Positions 1-9,450 of a stretch of DNA of 44,494 nucleotides are shown in pieces. The first letter of the stretch is position 1; each line of letters starts with the position of its first letter. This DNA is from a bacterium. Its GTDB lineage: Bacteria > Actinomycetota > Coriobacteriia > Coriobacteriales > Atopobiaceae. The notes under the pieces are model-generated. The model was not told the origin of the DNA. It was given only the letters and a program-made list of their open reading frames with translations, and did not search any database. Where the stretch lies: NCBI GenBank assembly GCA_963591565.1, contig CAVAUD010000002.1, positions 1-44,494 of the forward strand. The letters are read 5' to 3'. A program made the position numbers and the translations under genes.

Positions 1-68
1 GCGGAGCGCGGTTGTTCGTCTATTTCCAGAGTCAGACACCCAATATCGCATTTTTTTGCCACGGCATG

Positions 69-104
69 AAAAAAGGGCGTCGGCCGGTTGGCCGACGCCC
101 TTTT
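69..104 (-). terminator. Rho-independent (probably bidirectional) terminator after divIVA
   Basis: Perfect stem AAAAGGGCGTCGGCC (71-85) / GGCCGACGCCCTTTT (90-104) with a GGTT loop; A6 at 69-74 gives a U-tract on the minus strand; 22 nt past the divIVA stop. Confidence 0.9.
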
Positions 105-126
105 GGGGTGCGAATGTCGCTGGAGA

Positions 127-801
127 CTAGTCCAGGTCGCCAAAATCGCCGAAGCCGGTGGCGGTGTCCTGCGCGGGGGCCGCGACCACGGGCACGGGAG
201 CCGCGATGGCGTCGGTGTGGGTGGTGCCGGCAGAGCCGTTGGGCACGGCGTTGAAGCCGTTGGCGGGCATGACGGCCTCGGCGTCGTCCATGAAGTGCTG
301 CAGCATCTTCTTGTACTCGCCGCGGAACTCCTCGCGGGAGGCCTTCAGGCGGTCGATCTCGTCGAGCTCGTTCTGCTTCTCGGCGAGGGCCTGGCGAATG
401 ACCTCGCGGGCCTTCTGGTCGGCGTCGTTGCGGACCTGCTCGGCGGTCTCGCGGGCCTCGGCCAGGAGCTTGTCGGCGCTCTGCTGGGCGACGATCAGCA
501 CCTGGGAGATCTGGCGCTCGGAAGCGCCGAGGGACGAGACGGGCTCGGCCGGCGCGGTAACGGCGGGAGCCGGCGCGGGAGCGGCGACGCTCGCGTCCTG
601 CAGGCTCGCGACCTGCGCCTGGGCGGCGGAGAGCTGGGACTCGGTGGAGTTCAGGCGACCCTTGAGGTCGGCGATCTTCTGGAGCATGGCGTCGATCTCG
701 ACGGCGATCTGCTCGAGGAAGGCGTCAACCTCCTCGGTGTCATAACCGTGCTTGGAGGGAGAGAAGGTCTGCTGCTCGATGTCTGCTGGTGTGATTGCCA
801 T
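127..801 (-). CDS. divIVA: DivIVA/Wag31 family cell division protein
   Basis: N-terminal ITPADIEQQTFS..GYDTEEVDAFL DivIVA motif, coiled coils, last gene of the dcw cluster. Confidence 0.95.
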   Translation of the reverse strand: MAITPADIEQQTFSPSKHGYDTEEVDAFLEQIAVEIDAMLQKIADLKGRLNSTESQLSAAQAQVASLQDASVAAPAPAPAVTAPAEPVSSLGASERQISQVLIVAQQSADKLLAEARETAEQVRNDADQKAREVIRQALAEKQNELDEIDRLKASREEFRGEYKKMLQHFMDDAEAVMPANGFNAVPNGSAGTTHTDAIAAPVPVVAAPAQDTATGFGDFGDLD

Positions 802-852
802 TCTGGTTCCCTTTCATTTGAACTGGTGTGACAAAGTCACGTATGGACTACT

Positions 853-1119
853 TTACAAGATGAGGCTGAAAACAAGCCGCTCAATAATGCCGAGGGCAAA
901 TATCGCCACAATCGGCGAGAAGTCGATGCCTCCCATAGGCGGGATGATGCGGCGGAAAATCCCCAGGTAGGGCTCGACCAGTATCCCCAGCGCATCGCGG
1001 AAGGTCCCAAGGTTGCCCGAGCCGGGGCTTCTCGGCACCCAGCTCAAGACGCACCAAACCACGATGAGGAACTGGTAGATGTTGAAAAGCCTGGCGATGA
1101 GGCTGGCGATCGAGTACAC
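853..1119 (-). CDS. yggT: YggT/YlmG family membrane protein
   Basis: LSWVP...VEPYL..FRRIIPPMGGIDFSPIVA signature; typical position upstream of divIVA. Confidence 0.92.
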   Translation of the reverse strand: MYSIASLIARLFNIYQFLIVVWCVLSWVPRSPGSGNLGTFRDALGILVEPYLGIFRRIIPPMGGIDFSPIVAIFALGIIERLVFSLIL

Positions 1120-1128
1120 GCGCTCCCC

Positions 1129-1938
1129 CTACTTCCCCGCGAGCTCGGCCGCGCGGGCCAGCGCCGCGTCGACGGCGGCAAAGGAGCCCTCGAACAAGGC
1201 GGGCTCCAGCTCGTAGAGGCCGGCCGCCGTGGTGCCGCCGGGAGAGGTGACCTTCTCGGCATAGGCGCGCGGGTGCTCGCCGGACTGCAAGAGCTGCGTC
1301 GCGCTTCCGGCCATGGTGGCGAGAAGAAGCTCGCGGGCCGCGGCGCTGGGCATGCCGGCCTTGACGGCCGCGCGGGTCAGCGTGTCGACGAAGACGGCGA
1401 AGTACGCGGGCGCGGTGCCTACGACGGCGCCCTCGACCTCGAGCTGGTCCTCGCGCATGACCGAGGCCTTGCCCAGGGCGCCAAAGAGCTCGGCGGCAAG
1501 GGCCACGTCGTCGGCGCCCGCGGTCGAGCCGCCGGCGACGGCGGAGGCGCCGGAGAGCACCTCGACGCAGAGGTTAGGCATGACGCGCACCACGCGGGCG
1601 CCCGGCAGGGCCTCCTCGATGGTCGCGGTGGGCACGCCGGCCGCGATCGAGATGACGCACTTCTCGGCCAGCTGACGGGCGTGGGCCTTCATGACCGCAG
1701 GCAAGACCTGGGGCTTAACGGCGAGAATAACGACGTCGGGGGCCTGTTCCAGCATCTGCGCGTTGTCGGCGAAGGTGGCGAAGCCGGCCGCGGCAAGGGC
1801 GTCCATGCGCGCGTTGGCGTGGCCGGACACGAGGATGCGGCCCGGCTCCATGGCGCCCGCGGCCACAAGGCCCTGCGCGATGGCGCCGCCCATGGAACCG
1901 GCGCCGATGACGCCGAGCTTGATGGAGTCCAAAGACAT
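1129..1938 (-). CDS. proC: Pyrroline-5-carboxylate reductase
   Basis: IGAGSMG Rossmann motif, LAVKPQ, ISIAAGV, RVMPN, VTSPGGTT. Confidence 0.95.
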   Translation of the reverse strand: MSLDSIKLGVIGAGSMGGAIAQGLVAAGAMEPGRILVSGHANARMDALAAAGFATFADNAQMLEQAPDVVILAVKPQVLPAVMKAHARQLAEKCVISIAAGVPTATIEEALPGARVVRVMPNLCVEVLSGASAVAGGSTAGADDVALAAELFGALGKASVMREDQLEVEGAVVGTAPAYFAVFVDTLTRAAVKAGMPSAAARELLLATMAGSATQLLQSGEHPRAYAEKVTSPGGTTAAGLYELEPALFEGSFAAVDAALARAAELAGK

Positions 1939-1976
1939 GCGAAAAGTCCTAACTGCCTAGGCTGCCTGAGGGCGCG

Positions 1977-2687
1977 TTAGCGCACCAGGTCGCCGTCGGC
2001 CACGAGCTTGTTGATGTCGGCATCGGAAAGCGAGATGCCCTCGGGCAGCACCGCGAAGACGCGGTCGCCCAGCTCCTGCACGGCGCCCTCGAGGCCGAAG
2101 GACAGGCCAAAGCAGAAGTCCAGGATGCGCTTGGCCGTCTCGATGTTGGTGTTGCGGAAGACCAGGACCACGGGCTGGCTGGTCTTGACGCGGCGCACGA
2201 CGGTCTGCACGTCGTCATAGGAGACGGGGCGCAGGACGTAGGGCGGCAGCTGGCCGGAGCTCATGCGCGGCTTGGGCGTGAGGCCCAGGTCGGCGGGAGT
2301 CGTGGTGGGGGCGCCCAGCTGGGTCTCGTAGGAGTGCGAGTGGGTCTGGGTGCTCACGGGCTGCTGGGGCGCGTAGTTGCGCACGGGAGCGGCGCTGGCG
2401 GGCTGCGGGGTCGGGGTCACCGGGGTAAACGCGGCCGAGGTCGCGGCAGGTGCCGGGGCAACGGCGCGGCCGCTGCGGGTGTAGACCGAGACGCTCTCGG
2501 CCTCGGGGCGCGGCGTGTTGCCGAGAAGGCCCCTCGAGGGAGCGGGATCGGCGGCCTGGCGCGGCTCGTCGTCGTAGCGGCCGTAGCCGCCCTGGTCGGC
2601 GCCGTCGTCGTAGTAGTCGTCCTCGTAGTAGTCGTCCTCATACGAGTCGCCGCGCAGACGGTCCTTGATGTTATCGAGAAACCCCAT
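1977..2687 (-). CDS. sepF: Cell division protein SepF
   Basis: Amphipathic N-terminus MGFLDNIKDRL, long linker, C-terminal RPVSYDDV...AKRILDFCFG...G SepF domain. Confidence 0.9.
   Translation of the reverse strand: MGFLDNIKDRLRGDSYEDDYYEDDYYDDGADQGGYGRYDDEPRQAADPAPSRGLLGNTPRPEAESVSVYTRSGRAVAPAPAATSAAFTPVTPTPQPASAAPVRNYAPQQPVSTQTHSHSYETQLGAPTTTPADLGLTPKPRMSSGQLPPYVLRPVSYDDVQTVVRRVKTSQPVVLVFRNTNIETAKRILDFCFGLSFGLEGAVQELGDRVFAVLPEGISLSDADINKLVADGDLVR
2608..2637. repeat. 15-bp tandem duplication inside sepF (EDDYY x2)
   Basis: TCGTAGTAGTCGTCC occurs twice (2608-2622, 2623-2637). Confidence 0.8.
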
Positions 2688-2768
2688 GTCAGTGCCCTTC
2701 TCTTAAAAACGCGCGGGCGCGCGTCGTAGCTTCTTGAATCAGTGCCGCGGGGCCGTGCTCCCCCGCCG

Positions 2769-3500
2769 CTAGTCGCCCATGTCGTACTCCGGGCTAAAAA
2801 CCGTCCTTCCGAGCCTCACGAGCGTCGAGCCCTCCTCGACGGCGATGTCGAAGTCGTCGCTCATGCCGCACGAGAGGGTCTCTAAAGACATACCCGTGCG
2901 AGAAGAAAGCTCGTCTCGCAGCTCGCGAAGTCCGCAAAACGTGCGCCTCGCGCAGTCCGGGTCGGCCTTAGGGGCCATCGTCATGAGGCCGCGCACGCGA
3001 ATGCCGCCCAGCTCACAGACGTCGTCGACCGCGGCGCGCAGCTCATCGGGAGAAAAGCCCGATTTGCTCTGCTCGCCCGAGACGTTGGTCTCCAGCAAGA
3101 CGTCGACGCAAAGGCCGGCCCTCTCGGCGCGCTCGGACACCTGGCGGGCAAGCTCTGCCGAGCTGATCGAATGGATCAGGCAGCACTTGCCGATGACCTG
3201 GTTGATCTTGTTCTTCTGCAGGTTGCCGATAAGGTCGAAGCGGGCCTCGGCCATCTGCGGGTGCTCCGCCACGAAGGCCAGCTTGCGGTTGAGCTCCTGC
3301 GGGCGGTTCTCGGCAAAAGCGGTGTAGCCCGCCTGCCAGGCGCAAAGCACGGCCTCGGGCTCGACCGTCTTGGAGACGGCGAGAAGCCCGATCTCGCTCG
3401 CGTCGCGGCCGGACTTGGCCGCGGCGCGCGCAAGCTTGGCCAGGATGGCCTCGCGGCGCTCGCGAAGGAACTCGGTGTATGACTCGTTGTCGAATGCCAT
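2769..3500 (-). CDS. yggS: YggS/PLPBP pyridoxal phosphate homeostasis protein
   Basis: LAVSKT PLP lysine, ENRPQE, IGNLQKNK, GLMTM, SCGMSDDF..AVEEGSTLVRLG. Confidence 0.95.
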   Translation of the reverse strand: MAFDNESYTEFLRERREAILAKLARAAAKSGRDASEIGLLAVSKTVEPEAVLCAWQAGYTAFAENRPQELNRKLAFVAEHPQMAEARFDLIGNLQKNKINQVIGKCCLIHSISSAELARQVSERAERAGLCVDVLLETNVSGEQSKSGFSPDELRAAVDDVCELGGIRVRGLMTMAPKADPDCARRTFCGLRELRDELSSRTGMSLETLSCGMSDDFDIAVEEGSTLVRLGRTVFSPEYDMGD

Positions 3501-4340
3501 TTAGGCCACGACCTTAGGTTTGTCTTGAGCCGGCGCCGCCTTGTGCAGGACCGCGACGGCGGCGTGCCTTCCGCACTTGCCGCCCTCGGCCCTATACGAG
3601 AAGAACCGGTGGGTGTTGCTGGCCGTCGAGTCCTCGCACACGGCGATGTTCCCGGGCGCGATTCCGGCGGAAAGAAGTGCCTCACACACGCAGAATCCAA
3701 GGTCAAGGTGGCTGTCGCCGGCATCGCAGCCAGGCCCGAACTTGGCCGTGAACCGCTCAAGCAGCTCGGCCGAGACCTCGTAGTCGGCCGCGCCGATGTG
3801 CGGCCCCACGTAGGCGAGAAGCTCGCCGGGCTCGCAGCCCACGGCCGCGGCCAGCTCACGCGCGGTCTTCTCGCCGATGCGGGCGATGGTCCCGCGCCAC
3901 CCGGAGTGGGCGATCGCGAAGCCGCGGCCCGCCGGGTCGACCAAGACGACCGGCACGCAGTCGGCGAAGCACAGCATCACGGGGACGTCGGCCGCCGTGC
4001 ACACGACGGCGTCGACACCCTCCTTGACCTGGGCTTGGATGGCCGCAAGCGCATCGGCATCGCCGCAGTCGACGACCGCGACGTCGTCGCCGTGGACCTG
4101 GTGCGGGTTGACGAGGCGGCCGTAGAGCCCCTCGGCGCCCACGCAGGCCAGCGCAAGCCGGCGGTTCTTCTCGACGCAGGCAGGGTCGTCGCCGCAAGAG
4201 GCGCCCAGGTTGAGCGAGGCCCACTGGCCGCCCGAAACGCCGCCGCAACGCTCGGTGAACGCAAAGCTGACCTGCTCACAGACGCAATCGTCCGTGAGCC
4301 AGGCCAGCTCGTTAGCGGTATGTCTTACCAAAGACGCCAC
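3501..4340 (-). CDS. pgeF: PgeF/YfiH (YlmD) family protein
   Basis: FTERCGGVS, SLNLG, HQVHG, ADCVPV, AHSGWRG, FFSYR; directly after ftsZ. Confidence 0.92.
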   Translation of the reverse strand: MASLVRHTANELAWLTDDCVCEQVSFAFTERCGGVSGGQWASLNLGASCGDDPACVEKNRRLALACVGAEGLYGRLVNPHQVHGDDVAVVDCGDADALAAIQAQVKEGVDAVVCTAADVPVMLCFADCVPVVLVDPAGRGFAIAHSGWRGTIARIGEKTARELAAAVGCEPGELLAYVGPHIGAADYEVSAELLERFTAKFGPGCDAGDSHLDLGFCVCEALLSAGIAPGNIAVCEDSTASNTHRFFSYRAEGGKCGRHAAVAVLHKAAPAQDKPKVVA

Positions 4341-4367
4341 GGTGCGCGTTAACCCAAAAGGCGCTGC

Positions 4368-5504
4368 TTAGATGCGGCTGCGCTTAAGGAAGTCGGGGAT
4401 GTCGAACTCCTTGTCGTTGGCCGAGGAGGAGTTCTGCGGGCGGCTCACGTTGATCGGGGTCGACGACACAGAGGTGCGGTTGACCGGCGCGGGAGCGCTG
4501 GGGGCCGCGGGGATGTTCAGCGTCGGCAGGGTCTGCTGGACGTTGGAGTCGTTGAAGCCGGTGGCGATGACGGTCACGCGCACCTGGTCGCCCAAGGACT
4601 CGTCGACGACGGTACCGAAGATGATGTTGGCCTCGGGGTCGACGTTCTTGGCGACGAGGTCGGCGGCGTCGTTGATCTCCTGGATGCCCAGGTCCTTGTT
4701 ACCGGCGATGGAGAGAAGCACGCGGGTCGCGCCGTCGATGGAGCTCTCGAGCAGGCGGCTGGAGATGGCCTCGGAGGCGGCGTCGGTCGCGCGGTTGTCG
4801 CCCGAGGAGGTGCCGATGCCCATCATCGCGGTGCCGGCACCCTTCATGATGGTGCAGACGTCGGCGAAGTCGAGGTTGATGAGGCCCGGGACGGTGATCA
4901 GGTCGGTGATGCCCTGGGTGCCCTGGCACAAGACGTCGTCGGCCATGCGGAAGGCCTCGAGCATGGTGGTCTTCTTCTCGGAGAGGTCGAGCAGGCGGTC
5001 GTTCGGGATGACGATCAGGGTATCGACACTCTCGGAGAGGTTCTTGATGCCCTCGACGGCGGAGCCGGAGCGACGGCGACCTTCGAAGGTGAAAGGCTTG
5101 GTCACGACGCCGACGGTGAGGGCACCCACGTCGTTCTTGGCGATGTCGGCCACGACGGGAGCGGCGCCGGTGCCGGTGCCGCCGCCCTCGCCCGCGGTGA
5201 TGAAGACCATGTCGGCGCCGGCAAGGGCGGCCTTGATCTCGTCGCGGGAGTCCTCGGCGGCCTCCTTGCCGACCTCGGGGTTGGCGCCGGCGCCCAGGCC
5301 CTTGGTGAGGTCGGTGCCGATGTGGACCTTGATGTCAGCGTCGGAGATGGCCAGGGCCTGGGCATCGGTGTTGACGGCGACGAACTCGACGCCGCGGATG
5401 CCCTCCTCGATCATGCGGTTGACGGCGTTGGTGCCGCCGCCGCCCACGCCCACGACCTTGATGACGGCAAGGTAGTTGCTTAAGGTGTCGGTGTCTTTGA
5501 TCAT
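4368..5504 (-). CDS. ftsZ: Cell division protein FtsZ
   Basis: [17 protein letters not shown] tubulin signature, NLDFAD, C-terminal DIPDFL; start moved to ATG 5504, which follows an AAGGAGG RBS. Confidence 0.98.
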   Translation of the reverse strand: MIKDTDTLSNYLAVIKVVGVGGGGTNAVNRMIEEGIRGVEFVAVNTDAQALAISDADIKVHIGTDLTKGLGAGANPEVGKEAAEDSRDEIKAALAGADMVFITAGEGGGTGTGAAPVVADIAKNDVGALTVGVVTKPFTFEGRRRSGSAVEGIKNLSESVDTLIVIPNDRLLDLSEKKTTMLEAFRMADDVLCQGTQGITDLITVPGLINLDFADVCTIMKGAGTAMMGIGTSSGDNRATDAASEAISSRLLESSIDGATRVLLSIAGNKDLGIQEINDAADLVAKNVDPEANIIFGTVVDESLGDQVRVTVIATGFNDSNVQQTLPTLNIPAAPSAPAPVNRTSVSSTPINVSRPQNSSSANDKEFDIPDFLKRSRI

Positions 5505-5620
5505 CGTTTCCTCCTTTGGCGAAGCGGCGATTGCGGCCTCAGCCTTTGTCCTACGCTTTCGATCGTTTTTCATATCAAACTGCCTTCGGTCTGCTTTGCC
5601 TCTACGCTGGTAGAAACCCT

Positions 5621-5645
5621 AAACCTCAAGTTCAACTCGACGTTT
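5621..5645. promoter_or_regulatory. 25-bp imperfect palindrome upstream of ftsZ (MerR/FtsR-like operator)
   Basis: AAACCTCAAGTT-C-AACTCGACGTTT, 10/12 symmetric; a weaker copy starts AACCCTCAAGTC at 5677. Confidence 0.6.
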
Positions 5646-5764
5646 GTGTCAAAGCGCCGTATATTGGCACATCTTCAACCCTCAAGTCAAACTGTATGGA
5701 CGAACGGTGAAAACCGCAGGTCAAACGCCTGCCGCTCACCTTTGCCAATGTGGCGAGAAGACCT

Positions 5765-7021
5765 CTACTGCTCGTCCGTCTCCTCCCCCGTCGAGCTCGA
5801 GCCCTGCGATGAGGCGCTCGCAGACGCAGAGCCGCTCGAGCTCGAGGAGCCCGAAGACCCCGTCGCGCTGGTCCCCGTGGCCGCCGTGCCCGCCTGGACA
5901 TCGGTCGACGAGATCTTTCTCACCGTGGTGTTCGAAGGCGTGCGCACGTTGATGTAGGTCAGCTGGTTGGGGTACTTGGCGATGAGGCTCTCGACGACCT
6001 GCTCCTTGTAGCTGATGTTGGTGGCAGAGCCCAGCGACACCTCGACCCCGCTCGCAAGCACGCACGAGATGGCGTCCGAGCTGGGGGCGTCGTAGCTCAC
6101 GACCTGGCTGGAGAAGCTGGACGAGAAGCCCTCGCGAAACTCCCTCACCGTGGCGAGCATGGTGTCGCTCGCGTAGGCTCCGGCCTCGGGGCTCACCGAC
6201 GCGGGCACACCCGTGACCAAGATGACGTTGTTCTCGCGCGCGACGGCCAAAGCGGCGTCGTTGACGGACTCACCGTCTGCGACAGAGATCTTGCACGGCT
6301 CGATCCAACAGTTGTTCTGGCCCAAATACCAGGCGATCGAGCCCGAGGTCATGACGACCAGCGAGTCGGGGACCTGCTCGTTGATGACGACCTTCAAGGT
6401 ATGCGGGAACTGCTTCTCGAAGCTCACCGAGGCCACCCACGGGTTCTTCTTGAGGCCCGCCTCGACCTTCTCCTCGTCCAAGTTAAGCAGGGTCGAGCCG
6501 GCGTCGACCTTCAAGAGCTTCTGGATGTCGTCGGCCGTCACGTGGGTCGTGGGGTCGGCCACCACGTCGTCGATCGAGAAGAACGACGAGTCGCGCAAGA
6601 GGACCAGGGCGAGAAGGGCCGCCAGGCCCAGGGCGAAGATGGCGCCGATGACGCCCATGGCGATCTTCATCGACTGCGCCCGCTGGTGCCTCTCGCGGCG
6701 CTCCTTGCCCGTGGTGGGCCCGGGGTTGCGCCGGGCCGCCACGCGCGCGGCGACGTTGGCGCCCGAAAGGCCGTCCGCGGCCTGCTTCTTCTTGTTGTTG
6801 TTCTTGCTGAGAAACGACGGCATGGAGCCCGCGGAGGCCGCCTTAGCGGCCGGTCGGGCCGAGGGCCGAGCTGCGGGCCGAGCTGCGGGCCTGGCCGCGG
6901 CACGCCCGGCGGCCGGACGCGACGTGGCGCGCTTACCGGGCGTCGGCGTGCGCTTAGAGCCCGCCGCGGCGTTTCTCGGGCTGCCCTTCCTGGGGGTCGG
7001 CCTCATGCCGGATCCTGCCAT
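5765..7021 (-). CDS. ftsQ: Cell division protein FtsQ/DivIB
   Basis: Basic N-tail, single TM, POTRA-like region (..KNPWVASVSFEKQFPHTLKVVINE), C-terminal YINVRTP; between murB and ftsZ; start ATG 7021 inferred. Confidence 0.88.
   Translation of the reverse strand: MAGSGMRPTPRKGSPRNAAAGSKRTPTPGKRATSRPAAGRAAARPAARPAARPSARPAAKAASAGSMPSFLSKNNNKKKQAADGLSGANVAARVAARRNPGPTTGKERRERHQRAQSMKIAMGVIGAIFALGLAALLALVLLRDSSFFSIDDVVADPTTHVTADDIQKLLKVDAGSTLLNLDEEKVEAGLKKNPWVASVSFEKQFPHTLKVVINEQVPDSLVVMTSGSIAWYLGQNNCWIEPCKISVADGESVNDAALAVARENNVILVTGVPASVSPEAGAYASDTMLATVREFREGFSSSFSSQVVSYDAPSSDAISCVLASGVEVSLGSATNISYKEQVVESLIAKYPNQLTYINVRTPSNTTVRKISSTDVQAGTAATGTSATGSSGSSSSSGSASASASSQGSSSTGEETDEQ
6863..6886. repeat. 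12-bp tandem repeat encoding AARP in the FtsQ N-tail
   Basis: GGGCCGAGCTGC occurs twice, with degenerate flanking copies. Confidence 0.75.
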
Positions 7022-7026
7022 GGCCC

Positions 7027-7941
7027 CTACGCACCAAACCCGAGGAGCTTGACCTCGCACTGCAGGTCGATGCCGAACTTGGCCATGACGCTCTCGTGCG
7101 CCTGGCCCATGAGGCCCACGACGTCGGCGGCCTTGGCGGAGCCGTTGTTCACGATGAAGTTGGCGTGCTCGGTCGAGATCTGGGCACCGCCGCGCTCCGC
7201 GCCCTTGAGGCCGCAGCGGTCGATGAGCATGCCCACCGAGTGGTCGGGCGGGTTCTTGAAGACGGAGCCGCAGGTAGGCTTACCCATCGGCTGGGTCGAG
7301 CGACGGCGGCGAAGGCGCGAGTCCATGTCCTCGGCCATCTCCTTGCGGTCGCCCGGCTCGAGCGCGAAGGTCGCCTCGAGGATGATCTCGCTCGTGGGGA
7401 TCGACGTGGCGCGGTAGCCCCACTCGATCTCGCCGCCCTGGTAGCGGTGAAGCCCTTCTCCGGGACGAAGAACCACCAGGTCGCGAACGCGGCGGCCGAT
7501 CCACTCGCGGCGGCTCCCCGCGTCCATCGACACGGCGCCGCCCACGGTGCCGGGGATACCCACGCAGCACTCGAGGCCAGACAACGACGCCTTCAAGGCC
7601 TCGTTCACGACCTTGGAGAGAAGGGCGCCCGCGCCTGCCGTGACCAGGCCGTCCTCGCCCACGCTGATGCGCGAGAACTCCTTGTCGAGCACGATGACGC
7701 AGCCGTCGTAGCCCTTGTCGGCCGCCAAGATGTTGGATCCCTTGCCGAGAATAACCCACTCGACGTGCTCGTCCTTGAGGACCTTCAAGACCTTGGTGAG
7801 GCCCGTCAGGCTGTGGGCCGTGACGAAGAGGGCGGCGGGGCCGCCGATGCGGTACGACGTGTGGTGCGCCAGGCGCTCGTCCTTGAGCACCTGGGCGTCC
7901 GTCGCGCCGGAAAGAGTCATGTAAGCGTTGAAGACGCTCAA
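7027..7941 (-). CDS. murB: UDP-N-acetylenolpyruvoylglucosamine reductase
   Basis: TSYRIGGPA, LGKGSNIL, GIPGTVGGA, GSVFKNP, HANFIVN, terminal EV. Confidence 0.96.
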   Translation of the reverse strand: MSVFNAYMTLSGATDAQVLKDERLAHHTSYRIGGPAALFVTAHSLTGLTKVLKVLKDEHVEWVILGKGSNILAADKGYDGCVIVLDKEFSRISVGEDGLVTAGAGALLSKVVNEALKASLSGLECCVGIPGTVGGAVSMDAGSRREWIGRRVRDLVVLRPGEGLHRYQGGEIEWGYRATSIPTSEIILEATFALEPGDRKEMAEDMDSRLRRRRSTQPMGKPTCGSVFKNPPDHSVGMLIDRCGLKGAERGGAQISTEHANFIVNNGSAKAADVVGLMGQAHESVMAKFGIDLQCEVKLLGFGA

Positions 7942-7946
7942 GGCTC

Positions 7947-9365
7947 CTAAGCCTCCTTCTGCTGGGCGGCCTTCAGGGCCTCGATGAGGGCGGGGCCGAG
8001 GTTGGTGACGTCGCCCGCGCCCTGGGTGATGACGAGGTCGCCGGGCTGGACGAGCTCGACGAGGTTCTCCACCAGCTCCTTGCGGTTGGGGATGTACTCG
8101 ACGTCGGCCACGGTGCCGGCGGCCTTGACGCCGTTGGCGACGGTGCGGCCCGAGACGCCGGGGATGGGCAGCTCGCCGGCCGAGAAGACGTCCAGGACGC
8201 GCAGGACGTCGGCCTGGTCGAAGGCGTGGGCGAACTGATCGGCCAAAGACTGGGTGCGGCTGTAGCGGTGCGGCTGGAAGACGCAGACGACGCGCTTGAA
8301 CTCGAGGTTCTTGGCGGCGCCCAGGGTGGCCGCGATCTCGGTCGGGTGGTGGCCGTAGTCGTCGACGACGGTCACGCCGGCCACGTCGCCCACGTGGGTG
8401 AAGCGGCGGCGGGCGCCCTTGAACTGCGAGAGGGCCGCAGCGGCCTTCTCGGCCTCAAAACCAAGGACGTCGGCCACGGCCAGCGCCGCGGTGGCGTTTG
8501 CCATGTTGTGGCGGCCGGGGTTGGCGGCGATGGTCACGTGGACGCTCTGGCCCGCAGGCGTCTCCACGTCGAAGTTGCTGGCCAGCTTGTGGGCCGAGTC
8601 CTGCGGCTGGCACACGTAGTCGCAGGAGGCGTCGAAGCCGTAGGTCACGACCTTGCGGCCGGTCGAGCGGGCGAGCTCGGCGTAGTGGGGCACGTCTCCG
8701 TTGATGATGACGGTGCCCTCGGGCCCAACGAGGTCCATGAACTTGCAGAAGGTCTTCTCGATGTTCTCGAGCGTGCCGTAGTGGTCGAGGTGGTCGGCCT
8801 CGATGTTGGTCACCACGACGACGCGCGGGTTGAGGTAGAGGAAGGAGCCGTCGGACTCGTCGGCCTCGCAGACGAAGTAGCCGCCGTCGCCGTTCTTGCC
8901 GTTGGTGTCGTAGCCCTCGACCACGCCGCCGATGAGGAAGGACGGGTCGGCGCCCAGCTTGTCGAGCATCGTGGCCACCATGGAAGACGTGGTGGTCTTG
9001 CCGTGGGTGCCCGCGACGGCGACGGTCAGGGCGTGGTTGGACAGGTAGGACAGCATCTTGGCGCGCGGCCAGATGGGGATGCCCAGCTCGTGGGCGCGCA
9101 CGACCTCGGGGTTGGAGTCGGGGATCGCGGTCGAGGTGACGACGACCTGGGGGGCCGCCGCGTCGATCGTGGGGGCCTCGTGGCCGATGGTGACGTCGAT
9201 GCCCGCGGCCTCGAGCTCGCGGACGTAGTGGGAGGCCTTAAGGTCGCTGCCGGTCACCTTGCAGCCGCGCTCGTGCAGAACCAGCGCGATGCCGCTCATG
9301 CCGGCGCCGCCGATGCCGATGAAGTGCGCGCTTGTGATCGTCTGGGTGTCCGAGAAGTCTGACAT
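7947..9365 (-). CDS. murC: UDP-N-acetylmuramate--L-alanine ligase
   Basis: HFIGIGGAGMS, AGTHGKTTT, EADESDGSF, DDYGHHPTE, FQPHRYSRT. Confidence 0.97.
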   Translation of the reverse strand: MSDFSDTQTITSAHFIGIGGAGMSGIALVLHERGCKVTGSDLKASHYVRELEAAGIDVTIGHEAPTIDAAAPQVVVTSTAIPDSNPEVVRAHELGIPIWPRAKMLSYLSNHALTVAVAGTHGKTTTSSMVATMLDKLGADPSFLIGGVVEGYDTNGKNGDGGYFVCEADESDGSFLYLNPRVVVVTNIEADHLDHYGTLENIEKTFCKFMDLVGPEGTVIINGDVPHYAELARSTGRKVVTYGFDASCDYVCQPQDSAHKLASNFDVETPAGQSVHVTIAANPGRHNMANATAALAVADVLGFEAEKAAAALSQFKGARRRFTHVGDVAGVTVVDDYGHHPTEIAATLGAAKNLEFKRVVCVFQPHRYSRTQSLADQFAHAFDQADVLRVLDVFSAGELPIPGVSGRTVANGVKAAGTVADVEYIPNRKELVENLVELVQPGDLVITQGAGDVTNLGPALIEALKAAQQKEA

Positions 9366-9450
9366 GGATAAAGCCCCTTAGGGTCGAAGGTGTGAAGGTG
9401 CCCGCTCGCGGCAGGCATCCTTCTAACTTTATCCTATTGGCGAGAGGAAC

